From Methanosarcinales archaeon (lineage in GTDB: Archaea; Halobacteriota; Methanosarcinia; Methanosarcinales; Methanocomedenaceae), in contig JAIOQW010000140.1 of assembly GCA_021108405.1 (NCBI GenBank), positions 631 through 64,630 on the forward strand: a stretch of DNA of 64,000 bases, given 5' to 3'. A program made the translations under genes and the position numbers. The notes under the pieces were generated by a model. That model was given only the letters and a program-made list of their open reading frames with translations, was not told the DNA's origin and ran no database searches. Positions 30,705 through 39,804 of the stretch are shown one piece after another. The number at the start of each line of letters is the position of its first letter. The stretch's first letter is position 1.

Positions 30705-30762
30705 AACACAATCCTCCATTCAGTCGGATTTTACTGAGTATATCAAGTTATACCTGATATAT
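30705..30762 (+). repeat. Hairpin mosaic element, diverged A plus F
   Basis: AACACAATCCTCCATTCAGTCGGATTTTACTGA + GTATATCAAGTTATACCTGATATA. It lies between the ubiA-type gene and the histone gene. Confidence 0.7.
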
Positions 30763-30787
30763 TAAAATAAAGGTATAATCATAGCAA

Positions 30788-31672
30788 TTATACTATTGTA
30801 CCCACAACAAACCCCAGCAAAGCTAAAAACATAGCCATCTTAAGTAGTTTGGATGATTTTTTTGCATTATCTTTAAGCAGCAGCTCATTAATAGATATTA
30901 AGAATAATATATCCGCCCCGAAGATCATGATAAGGTAGGATTCACCAAAGGCATTATGCAAATTAATAACAAAAGGGAGCGGACTTAACATCACAGCAGT
31001 TAATCCTATTACGGCTGCTGCCCTTTTCGCCTTATCCTCGCCAATTTTAATTGGAAGTGTCGTAGCTCCTGCTTTGAGGTCACCTTCCATATCCTGGATG
31101 TCTTTCACTATCTCTCTTGCCAGAGTAGCCAGACCTGCCAGAAGGAATAATATCATAACAGACATGATACCAGTACCTTCGAATATCTCAAGTGCACCTC
31201 CGAAAAGAAAAGTAGAACCGCCCAGATAACCCACTGCAATATTACCTATCAGTACTGTCTGCTTTAAAATGTATGCATATAAAAACAACAGGATAGAGTT
31301 GAATATTGCAATGAATAAACAAGCAGGTCCAAGCCAATATGAAAGTATAATGCCTGTGCAAAATAAGATCAATGCAATGATGAAAGCCGCTGTCTGGCTC
31401 ATCCTGCCTGATGGTATAGGACGACGGGGACGGTTCACACGGTCGATCTCAAGATCAAAATAGTCATTTATTGCATTACCAGCTCCGGTTATAAAAAATA
31501 CTACAAGAAAAACTATAAAAGGTTCATGCATTATATGAACCTGTACCGTCTCAGGCAGTGCCAGATAGGCTATTAAAGTTCCAGCTACGGCCGCAGATCC
31601 GGCCATAGCACAATTGGCCCATCTGATCAGTTCAAATACTGTAGAAATTGATTGCAATGGATTTCGCATCAA
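30788..31672 (-). CDS. UbiA-family prenyltransferase, digeranylgeranylglyceryl phosphate synthase-like
   Basis: [24 protein letters not shown] and a second Asp-rich motif (DIQDMEGD). 8-9 TM. Confidence 0.8.
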   Translation of the reverse strand: MMRNPLQSISTVFELIRWANCAMAGSAAVAGTLIAYLALPETVQVHIMHEPFIVFLVVFFITGAGNAINDYFDLEIDRVNRPRRPIPSGRMSQTAAFIIALILFCTGIILSYWLGPACLFIAIFNSILLFLYAYILKQTVLIGNIAVGYLGGSTFLFGGALEIFEGTGIMSVMILFLLAGLATLAREIVKDIQDMEGDLKAGATTLPIKIGEDKAKRAAAVIGLTAVMLSPLPFVINLHNAFGESYLIMIFGADILFLISINELLLKDNAKKSSKLLKMAMFLALLGFVVGTIV

Positions 31673-32595
31673 TCACCCCTTCCACTCTCAAGCATACGGT
31701 CTAATGACTTCTTAGCCTGCTCGCGTATGGATTCGGGAATAGTTACCACATACCTGTTCTCCTCAAGTGCGGTTATAATGTTTGAAAGACTGTTCATCTT
31801 CATGCTCGGACATACAGCACATGATGATGCAGGATAAAATTCTTTATCAGGGTTTTCTTTTTTAAGTCTATGCAGCATACCTATTTCAGTACCAATAATA
31901 AATTTACTGCTCTTTGAGCGTTTAATGTGAGTGACCATTCCTCCTGTACTAAAAACATTATCTGCAAGATCGATCACTTCAGGCCTACATTCCGGGTGAA
32001 CGATTGTTTCAGCATCAGGATACGTATTTTTTAACAGCATAATATCTTCAGGCAGTATCATATGATGTGTGGGGCAGTAACCATCCCAGGGTATGATCTT
32101 TTTATTCGTATAACGGGCTGTGTACAGTGCCAGGTTCCTGTCCGGTACAAAGATCACTTCATTTTCATCAAGACTATTCACTACCTGCACGGCATTAGCA
32201 GATGTACAGCAGATATCAGAATGTGCTTTTACCTGTGCACTGGTGTTTACATATGCTACAACTACAGCATCGGGATATTCCTTTTTCTTAATTATTAACT
32301 CTTCAGGTGTGATCATGGCTGCCATTGGGCATTCAGATAAGATCTCAGGTATCAACACTGTCTTTTGCGGACTGAGAATAGCAGCACTTTGTGCCATAAA
32401 ATCCACTCCGCAAAATACGATCACATCAGCCTCATGCTCAGCAGCCTGCTGGCTTAAACCAAGACTATCACCTGTAAAATCAGCAATGTCCTGAACCTCA
32501 CCACGCTGATAATTATGAGTAAGGATCACTGCATTACGCTCTTCTTTTAATTCATTGATACGCGCAATAAGTTTTTCTTTGTCCTGAAGAATCAT
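31669..32595 (-). CDS. nadA: Quinolinate synthase
   Basis: 308 aa. [27 protein letters not shown], and Cys ligands of the 4Fe-4S cluster. Confidence 0.9.
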   Translation of the reverse strand: MILQDKEKLIARINELKEERNAVILTHNYQRGEVQDIADFTGDSLGLSQQAAEHEADVIVFCGVDFMAQSAAILSPQKTVLIPEILSECPMAAMITPEELIIKKKEYPDAVVVAYVNTSAQVKAHSDICCTSANAVQVVNSLDENEVIFVPDRNLALYTARYTNKKIIPWDGYCPTHHMILPEDIMLLKNTYPDAETIVHPECRPEVIDLADNVFSTGGMVTHIKRSKSSKFIIGTEIGMLHRLKKENPDKEFYPASSCAVCPSMKMNSLSNIITALEENRYVVTIPESIREQAKKSLDRMLESGRGD

Positions 32596-32670
32596 CCGAA
32601 TTCCCTGCCAGATTAATATTAGTATTTGTATTTGTGTTTCTCATTTATTATTATGGAATAAAACACTTTC

Positions 32671-33354
32671 CTAAACTGTCTTTTTTACACGCCATTTAAG
32701 CAGTACACCGTCATCTATTTTCTCAATTGAGATCAATTCAAGTCCGGATGCTTGCTTACGGCGTGAAAAACCAATTCCATCAACCAGTGTAGGAGCTTGT
32801 TCACCACCCAGTATTACTGCACCTATGTAGGTGTAGATCTCATCCACAAGCCCTTGAGAGACCAGTGAACAATTTAGAGTTGCACCACCTTCGGCCATTA
32901 GTGTATGAATACCTTTTTGGTGTAGGGATGACATCAATATATTCAAATCTACCTGTACATTACCTGCTGTGATTATAGTAGCCTTTTTCTTAAGTTCTTC
33001 AATTTGCTGTATGGGAGCTTGCTCACATACAGCTATTATTCGCTCTGCATCCCCTTTTATAAAGATATCAGATTCAATGGGTGTTCTGGCCATACTGTCT
33101 ACTACTATCCTGATAGGGTTCTCATATCCGTACTTCTCTTTGTATGCACGTCTGAGATTGCTTGATTTGATAGTTAGACTGGGATCATCAGCCAGTACTG
33201 TGCCGATACCTACCATCACGGCATCGGCACCGGCACGTAAACGGTCTACTCTTGCAAAATCATTATCTCCTGATATCCTTACCTGTTTTCTTAGATTGGT
33301 TGAGATCTTACCATCTGCCGACATGGCAGCGTTAATGAAAGTAAATGGACGCAT
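32671..33354 (-). CDS. 2,5-diamino-6-ribosylamino-4(3H)-pyrimidinone 5'-phosphate reductase (RibD C-terminal type)
   Basis: MRPFTFINAAMSADGKIS, VMVGIGTVLADDPSLT, LMAEGGATLN. Confidence 0.8.
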   Translation of the reverse strand: MRPFTFINAAMSADGKISTNLRKQVRISGDNDFARVDRLRAGADAVMVGIGTVLADDPSLTIKSSNLRRAYKEKYGYENPIRIVVDSMARTPIESDIFIKGDAERIIAVCEQAPIQQIEELKKKATIITAGNVQVDLNILMSSLHQKGIHTLMAEGGATLNCSLVSQGLVDEIYTYIGAVILGGEQAPTLVDGIGFSRRKQASGLELISIEKIDDGVLLKWRVKKTV

Positions 33355-33400
33355 TTGCTCCTTGAATTGCTCTTTAAGTATATATTATTGACTGTGAGGA

Positions 33401-33435
33401 GAACAAAATCCTCCCTCCGGTCGGATTTTCTTGAC
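33401..33435 (+). repeat. Module A alone, directly upstream of the IS91-like transposase gene
   Basis: GAACAAAATCCTCCCTCCGGTCGGATTTTCTTGA. Next comes a CATTTTCT/AGAAAATG hairpin (about 33455-33488) whose arms match the module E stem. Confidence 0.85.
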
Positions 33436-33495
33436 GTATAGGAATTTATAAACACATTTTCTTATCCTGCTACTGAAATAGAAAATGTTGAAAGA

Positions 33496-34365
33496 ATGAG
33501 GTTTTGTAGAAAGCCTCAAAATGGATATAAAGTATATAAGTGTCCGAAATGTGAAACAAAGAAGTACGTATCTTTCACTTGTAAGACTCGTCTATGTACA
33601 TCATGTGGAACAAAATCGGCTAATGAATTTGCAGATAAAATTTATCATAGACTTCTAAGAGTCCCACACAGGCATGTTGTTTTTACTATTCCTGACAGGT
33701 TAAGGGAGACTTTCAAGATTTCTGATCATCAGAAAATTCTCTTTGAGGCAGCAAAAGTAACAATGGGAGATATGATCCAGTTTTCAAATAAAAAAAGCAA
33801 GAGAAAAATAAAGTTGAAAATTGGCATGATTCAGTTTCTGCAAACATTTGGTGCAGATATGAAATATAATCATCATATTCATAGCATTGTTACTGAAGGT
33901 GGTTTTGATAGAAATGGGAACTGGATTCATGTACATTTTATACACTATAAAGGATGGAGGAAAAAGTGGCAATATGAATTACTGACAAGGCTGAAAAAAG
34001 AAATGCCAAGATGCAAAGAGACAAATAAGTTCATAGACTTGCAATTTAAAAAATATCCAAATGGATTTGTAATTTACGGTAAAAGAAGATTTGAAAAAAG
34101 AGATGGGTGGAATATGGCAAGGTATATTGGTAGATATGTTAAGCATCCACCAATAGCCGAATCAAGAATAAAAGCCTATGATGGAAAACATGTAATATTC
34201 TGGTATAAAGACACTGAAACCAAAAGGAAGATAACTGTAACAATGGATAAAATTGAGTTTGTGCGATTACTGCTAAGTCACATACCAGTAAAATATTTTA
34301 GAACTGTTAGGTACTATGGTGTCTATTCAAGAAGAGGATACAAGCATAGAAATGGTTGTACTTAA
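33496..34365 (+). CDS. IS91-family-like rolling-circle (HUH, Y2) transposase, probably C-terminally truncated or frameshifted
   Basis: Zn-binding N-terminus CPKCETKKYVSFTCKTRLCTSCG. VPHRHVVFTIPDRLR. HUH motif NHHIHSIVTEGGF. RYIGRYVKHPPIAESRI. Tyrosine motif RTVRYYGVYSRR. An open +1 frame continues to about 34470. Confidence 0.75.
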   Translation: MRFCRKPQNGYKVYKCPKCETKKYVSFTCKTRLCTSCGTKSANEFADKIYHRLLRVPHRHVVFTIPDRLRETFKISDHQKILFEAAKVTMGDMIQFSNKKSKRKIKLKIGMIQFLQTFGADMKYNHHIHSIVTEGGFDRNGNWIHVHFIHYKGWRKKWQYELLTRLKKEMPRCKETNKFIDLQFKKYPNGFVIYGKRRFEKRDGWNMARYIGRYVKHPPIAESRIKAYDGKHVIFWYKDTETKRKITVTMDKIEFVRLLLSHIPVKYFRTVRYYGVYSRRGYKHRNGCT

Positions 34366-34532
34366 AGCCGCTGAAAGTGGAATTGGTAGAGATCAAACTT
34401 TAAGTGATATTGAATATTTGAAATTTAGGGGATATGTCTATGAGCCTAAAACAGGAGAAATTAGATATGCATTATAAGCGGTAGCCGAAGCGTATATGCT
34501 GTGTTAGACGATAATGCGAACGAATGGGCATA

Positions 34533-35111
34533 TTAATCACTTTTTTCCGATTTCGGTATTCCTATCCATCTTGGTGTCCTTTTCATATATTCTTTGTAAT
34601 CCTTTCCATACCTTTTAAGACAATATTGTTCTTCAGCAGGTGCAAATATCAAGTGAAAAATTCCCATTATTACTGTAAGCATTAGAAACACCCATGAAAC
34701 ACTGGCTATGGCAATGCTTAAAAATATCAAAGTTTGTGCAACATAATAGGGATGCCTTGAGTAACGGTAGGGTCCTTTGGTGAAAGGTTTACCAATTGGA
34801 GTAGTCCGAACAAAAAAAGTAGCTGATAGGGAAATAACAAATGCTATTAGGAAGATTATTAAACCTATGAAAAACCATACTTTTCCTAATTGCAATGGCA
34901 GAAAGATGGAATAGATAATTCCAGCAACCATAATAGCCGTAGAAATGACATTAAGTAATTTTTCATGCTTAATAGGAACAGAAACATTCAGTCTTTTTGA
35001 TGTTGCTTTACCTTTACCTACTAAAATCGATATAATCGGAGGGAGAAGAAAACAGACCATAAAAATCCAGGCATTCCATAAACCTATCTCAAAAGCTGGT
35101 GTAATCGACAT
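34533..35111 (-). CDS. Isoprenylcysteine carboxyl methyltransferase (ICMT/PEMT)-family membrane methyltransferase
   Basis: TKGPYRYSRHPYYVAQTLIFLSIA...APAEEQYCLKRYGKDYKEYMKRTPRWIP. 5 TM. Confidence 0.7.
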   Translation of the reverse strand: MSITPAFEIGLWNAWIFMVCFLLPPIISILVGKGKATSKRLNVSVPIKHEKLLNVISTAIMVAGIIYSIFLPLQLGKVWFFIGLIIFLIAFVISLSATFFVRTTPIGKPFTKGPYRYSRHPYYVAQTLIFLSIAIASVSWVFLMLTVIMGIFHLIFAPAEEQYCLKRYGKDYKEYMKRTPRWIGIPKSEKSD

Positions 35112-35309
35112 TTTCTCCTCATCCTTTTACTTTCATATTTTGCCCCGAAGTCACGGACCTCGGAATGGAAATTCCGAGGCATCAAGGTTGATGCTTGATA
35201 TTTAAGCACTCTTTCAGTTTGTTGGGATTCAGAATCCTTTTTAGGCGCAATTTAAAAAATAATCAATCGCTGCTTGCCATCGATTTTTGAATCGAATTTC
35301 TCTACGTTA

Positions 35310-36206
35310 TTAAACATTCACATTCAAGCTTAAGCTCTCCAGAAAGACCATCACCCATGGGATCATATTAATCATATAGTGGGCGCCCACGGCATGCTCC
35401 CAGTCACGCTTAGCGAAAATGACCGCCATCGGCAAGCCGTACAGCAATCCAGTTATCAGAATCCTGTCTAGCAGTGTTCCATCGTGACCCAAGCCGAAGA
35501 TGATCGCACTGAAGAGTACCGCAGAAACGACGGCTACGGCAGGACTTTTATTGAAGGCAGGCCGCAGCATAAAATAGACCAGACTGACAAGGAACAGCCT
35601 GAACATCGCTTCTTCCGTTATGGCTGAAAACCAGGGAAGCGAAAAGGGCATCCAAACGCGGGTCACCCAGGTAAGCCCAATACCCGGTGAACCGCTGGCG
35701 GCATTGAACAGGCCCAGCGGAACAAACAGCAGACACCCCCAGAGAAAACTCCCCAGAGCTTTTCCATATCGCCCCGCATGTAACTGACTTTCACCCAAGC
35801 CGGTGCGTTTGAGCAGTAGCCCACCAGCAATAAACATAGGCGGTGCAAATACGAGAAGTATAACGAAAGCAGATTTTCCAACGAAGCTGTTGTCCCAGAA
35901 TGGGAGACCTCCTAAAAAGGCGATGACGGCAATCACGAGGCCAACAACCGCCGGGCGTAAACGAATATCCCGACGCCAAACCAGGAGGGTCCATATTGTC
36001 GAAATCATCATTAGAAACAGAATGTCCCCACCACCGTCGGAGAAGGTGGCTAAGGCTAGCAGTAATACTATTGCTAGAACTGGAATCAATTGTCCGATTT
36101 TCCAGCGTTGCAGCAGAAGTGGACGAAGATCCGGTAGTTGTTTCACGGAAGACCCCGTGTGGACGAGATACCAAAGAAGGATTGCAACGTATGCACCATG
36201 AAGCAC
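35310..36206 (-). CDS. CPBP-family (CAAX protease / Abi) intramembrane glutamic protease; GC-rich foreign gene
   Basis: EExxxR motif SAITEEAMFRLFLV and FxxxH motif FSAIIFGLGH. The local GC content is visibly above 50% against about 40% in the flanks, which also produces many shadow ORFs. Confidence 0.8.
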   Translation of the reverse strand: MLHGAYVAILLWYLVHTGSSVKQLPDLRPLLLQRWKIGQLIPVLAIVLLLALATFSDGGGDILFLMMISTIWTLLVWRRDIRLRPAVVGLVIAVIAFLGGLPFWDNSFVGKSAFVILLVFAPPMFIAGGLLLKRTGLGESQLHAGRYGKALGSFLWGCLLFVPLGLFNAASGSPGIGLTWVTRVWMPFSLPWFSAITEEAMFRLFLVSLVYFMLRPAFNKSPAVAVVSAVLFSAIIFGLGHDGTLLDRILITGLLYGLPMAVIFAKRDWEHAVGAHYMINMIPWVMVFLESLSLNVNV

Positions 36207-36643
36207 GTTGAGCTCGACGCTGAATCGGCCCGTACTTCAAACGCCATTGGACAGTATGACGACGAGGGCGACCGTTGTCAGGAGCCACATAGTCATCAAT
36301 GCAAGACGACCTAAATCCTGACTAGTCCTTCCATTTCGTGTTTTTTTGAGTATATTTGGAAGAGCCATATTAATGAATTTTTATTGTTATTAGTATGCAC
36401 CTGTATCCTCATCCACCAGCCCATGATTTGCATTAGGATAAAAATATGGGTGAATTCTTAATCCTTATTTCAGTGTGGTTTGTGTTGATTTATGATGGTT
36501 AAGATATATAACATTGAGATCATCAAATTATCTCCCAAAATCTCTCAATCTAATTAACTTATATTTATCCTCTGGATGTGCGCCTGATTTTCTATTTTCA
36601 AAAAGATGTTTTTGCTTCTATCTACTCTGAGGAGCATGATTTT

Positions 36644-37018
36644 CTATTTTGCAGTCACTATACTATACGGACTTAAGTCCAAGGCCTGTTTATAAACCTC
36701 AGCTTTTAGATTTTCTATCTTGTCCGGCAATATAATTTTCAACAACTTCCCAGCCACTTCGAACACTTCCATAATAACAACTTTGTGCCCGGAGACTTTG
36801 CTTACATCTTTCTTTAAGTTTAAGGAAATTTGTAATATCCTACTACTCCTTCTTTTAATTCTCTTTGTAATAAAGTTTATGGAATAATTTAGAAGAAATT
36901 GAATAAATAGATGTACATGATCTAGATTATTTGCCATATTAATAATCTCAATATTCAAAACCAAGTTAGCAAAGACAGTGCTAATATCATGTTTACTCTC
37001 AACAACAATTTTATAACC
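36644..37018 (-). pseudogene. Decayed IS200/IS605-type TnpA (Y1 HUH transposase) gene
   Basis: YKIVVESKH (cf. YHIVW), HUH motif DHVHLFI, KRRSSRIL (cf. KGxSSR), AEVYKQ (cf. YIxxQ). An in-frame TAG lies 2 codons upstream of the YKIVV block, no proper start exists, and the middle is diverged. Confidence 0.55.
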
Positions 37019-37043
37019 CTATATATTATATAATAATAAACCC

Positions 37044-37340
37044 AAAATGCTTCGCATATTCTTAACCAAAGCTACAAAGGAGCCAAAGAGAACAAAATCC
37101 TTCCTTCGGTCGGATTTTCTTGACCGACATTCCGGAGGAATGGAGGATTAGAAAATGTGAACGAAGTGAGCATTTTCGATATATCAAGTTATACTTGATA
37201 TACTATAAGAAAACACGAAGTGTTTTTACCCTCCATTCCCACGAAATGTCGGGTGATCATATCGAAGATTCTACGAATCTTCTAATCTTCGGCTCTTTTC
37301 GAGTCTCAGATAAGCAAATCCGAACGAAGTGAGGATTTGC
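37044..37340. repeat. Largest mosaic array: Eshort, A-B-Elong-F forward, then G hairpin, B, C and D-like reversed, and a terminal GCAAATCC-[GAACGAAGTGA]-GGATTTGC hairpin
   Basis: Read directly. A starts at 37090. GAAAATGT-GAACGAAGTGA-GCATTTTC spans 37151-37177. F spans about 37178-37208. AAAACAC-GAA-GTGTTTT. GAAGATTC-TAC-GAATCTTC. The final hairpin spans 37314-37340. The array ends 22 nt before the ferredoxin start. Confidence 0.85.
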
Positions 37341-37362
37341 TTAACGTAAAAACTCTTGTAAG

Positions 37363-37926
37363 GTGAATGATTTGCGCAAGAAACTAACAGTGATACCAGA
37401 GAGATGTTCAGGATGCAGAGTATGTGAACTGGTGTGTGCAATAGCTCATACCGGTGTGAATAATCCGAAGAAAGCCAGAATAAAGATAATCTCACTTTAC
37501 CCGCATCCGGTCATTAAGATGCCTATTGTCTGCGAACAGTGTAAAAAACCAAAATGTAGGGATGTATGTCCTACGGATGCTATTGTAGTCAATGATGGTG
37601 TGGTTACTATACTGGAAGATAAATGTATCTCATGTCATGCCTGTATAAGTGCATGTCCAACCGGTGCTATTTTTACACATGAGGATATAGATACACCCTT
37701 TAAATGTGATCTGTGCGGCGGTGATCCGGAATGTGCCAGGGCCTGCCCTAAAAAAGCTATCCTGTATATCCCTGAACATACACTTGGCCAGTCTCAACGC
37801 TTAAAAACAGCACTGCAATATGCTCATATGCAGGAAGTTGAATATTATGAGAAAGGTGTAAAGAAGAAACTCAGATATGCAGAAGTCGAGACCGGTGGTA
37901 CCAGAGGTGATAACAATGAAAATTAA
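37363..37926 (+). CDS. Poly-ferredoxin-like 4Fe-4S protein (AOR partner)
   Basis: Four Cys clusters: CSGCRVCELVC, CEQCKKPKCRDVCP, CISCHACISACP, CDLCGGDPECARACP. Confidence 0.85.
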   Translation: MNDLRKKLTVIPERCSGCRVCELVCAIAHTGVNNPKKARIKIISLYPHPVIKMPIVCEQCKKPKCRDVCPTDAIVVNDGVVTILEDKCISCHACISACPTGAIFTHEDIDTPFKCDLCGGDPECARACPKKAILYIPEHTLGQSQRLKTALQYAHMQEVEYYEKGVKKKLRYAEVETGGTRGDNNEN

Positions 37927-39799
37927 GGGCGGATATCATAACAGGATCCTACATGTTGATCTGACACAATGTAAAACCAGTGTGGAACAGGTAAATAGTG
38001 AATTTGCATTAAAATATGTAGGCGGACGGGGCTGGGGTGCACGCCTGGTATGGGAGCATATGAAAGATGATTGTGACCCATTAGGTCCTGATAATATCAT
38101 AGTAATAGCTCCCGGACCACTATCAGGGTTATATCTGCCGGCATCAGGCAAGACATCTATTTGTTCCATAAGCCCGACTACAGGTATCTACGGGGACAGT
38201 AATATAGGAGGTATGATCGGCGTGGAACTGCGCCAGGCCGGATTTGATGCTATAGTGATCCACGGCAGGTCATCCGAGATGTCCTATCTGTGGATAGATG
38301 ATGACGATATCCAGCTTATAAGTGCTGCCAAATACCAGGGTATGGGTAGTATTGAAACAGAACATCAACTCAGGGAAGATATTGGCGATGAGACTGTTAA
38401 AGTAGCTTCCATCGGTCCGGCCGGTGAAAAAATGGTGAAAATGGCCTGTATCAGTGCAGATTGGGGACGAAATGCCGGCCGTACAGGAATGGGAGCCGTC
38501 CTGGGTTCAAAGAATTTGAAAGCTATTGCTATTCGCGGTTCTAAGGACATCCCTGTAGCCGACCTGCCACGTTTGGTTAAGATCAGTGATCAGGCATATA
38601 AAACATTATCAGAACATAACCTGTTCGAATTTTGGCAGCGTCAGGGCCTGATGAGTGTTATAGATTATGCTAATACTGTTGGCATCCTGCCTACCCGTAA
38701 TTTCAAGGATACATATTTCGATGAAGCAGAAAAGATCAATGGCGATGTCATGGAACTTGATTATAAGATAGGTGATACAGCCTGTTTCGGATGTCCGATG
38801 GCATGCGGTAATGTTAATTTAGTAAAGGATGGTAAGTATGCAGGTACAGTGATAGAAGGTCCTGAATATGAGACTGCTGCTATGCTGGGATCCAACCTTG
38901 GTATCAGTGACTTTGATGCTATACTGCGGGGTAATTACCTGTGTGATGAGTATGGAATAGATACGATCACAACAGGCAGTCTAATTGGAGTAATGATCGA
39001 AGGATATGAAAAGGGACTGGTAAGCCTGGATGATGTTGACGGCATGGCTTTGCAATGGGGTGATGACGATAATATCATGGATCTGATACGCAAGATAGCA
39101 TTCAGGGAAGGTGTTGGTGATACACTGGCCGACGGCGCATATGGTGTTATCAAACGCTGGCCCCAGTTAATACCCATTGTTTCGCATGTCAAAGGACTGG
39201 ACCAGTCAGCCTATGATGCCCGTGTGGCTATTACCATGGCATTGGGATACGGAACATCGGATATAGGAGCCCACCATGCAAGGGCATGGCCTGTTGCCAA
39301 GGAATTGGAAATGGGAGAAAAGTGGGACCTCCAGGAAAAGGCAGATCTTGTTATTTATCACCAGACAGTTAGACCACTATTTGATATGCTGGGCGTATGC
39401 AGGCTGCCCTGGATAGAACTAGGATTTGATGAAAATACTTATGCTGAGTTCTATAGTGCAGCAACTGGAATCGAATTCACGTTAAAGGAACTGTTAAAGC
39501 TCAGTAACAATATATATAATCTGACCCGTGCCATCAATATCAGACTTGGTATGACACGCTCAGATGATAAACCTCCTCAGAGGGTATTCAATGACCCTAT
39601 CAAGACAGGACCACATGCCGGAAAGGCTTTAAGCAGGGAAGAATACGAGAATATACTGGATATATACTACCAGCAGCGAGGTTGGGATAATGATGGTATA
39701 CCTACTGATGAGACCTTAATAGCAAGCGATCTTGAAGATGTGATCAAGTATATGGAACCTAAACGAAAATCTAATGAGGCTGTAAAGACCCGGAAGTGA
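37916..39799 (+). CDS. aor: Tungsten-type aldehyde:ferredoxin oxidoreductase
   Basis: MKIKGGYHNRILHVDL start, GGRGWGARL, GPEYET, and the CxxC region DTACFGCPMAC. The track ORF starts at 37877, but the ATG at 37916 fits the family N-terminus. Confidence 0.9.
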   Translation: MKIKGGYHNRILHVDLTQCKTSVEQVNSEFALKYVGGRGWGARLVWEHMKDDCDPLGPDNIIVIAPGPLSGLYLPASGKTSICSISPTTGIYGDSNIGGMIGVELRQAGFDAIVIHGRSSEMSYLWIDDDDIQLISAAKYQGMGSIETEHQLREDIGDETVKVASIGPAGEKMVKMACISADWGRNAGRTGMGAVLGSKNLKAIAIRGSKDIPVADLPRLVKISDQAYKTLSEHNLFEFWQRQGLMSVIDYANTVGILPTRNFKDTYFDEAEKINGDVMELDYKIGDTACFGCPMACGNVNLVKDGKYAGTVIEGPEYETAAMLGSNLGISDFDAILRGNYLCDEYGIDTITTGSLIGVMIEGYEKGLVSLDDVDGMALQWGDDDNIMDLIRKIAFREGVGDTLADGAYGVIKRWPQLIPIVSHVKGLDQSAYDARVAITMALGYGTSDIGAHHARAWPVAKELEMGEKWDLQEKADLVIYHQTVRPLFDMLGVCRLPWIELGFDENTYAEFYSAATGIEFTLKELLKLSNNIYNLTRAINIRLGMTRSDDKPPQRVFNDPIKTGPHAGKALSREEYENILDIYYQQRGWDNDGIPTDETLIASDLEDVIKYMEPKRKSNEAVKTRK

Positions 39800-39804
39800 T
39801 ATGA

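Noticed and set aside
35548-36288. Six overlapping ORFs on both strands around the CPBP gene.
   Set aside because: They are a by-product of the locally high GC content, which leaves few stop codons. Only the 35310-36206 frame carries the protease motifs.
37151-37177. The conserved 11-nt loop GAACGAAGTGA as a kink-turn/K-loop (L7Ae site).
   Set aside because: A K-loop needs a 3-nt bulge followed by tandem sheared G-A pairs directly abutting the stem. Here GA-AGU-GA would require a 4-nt bulge (GAAC), and the 5' GA is not positioned correctly. I cannot support this from the sequence.
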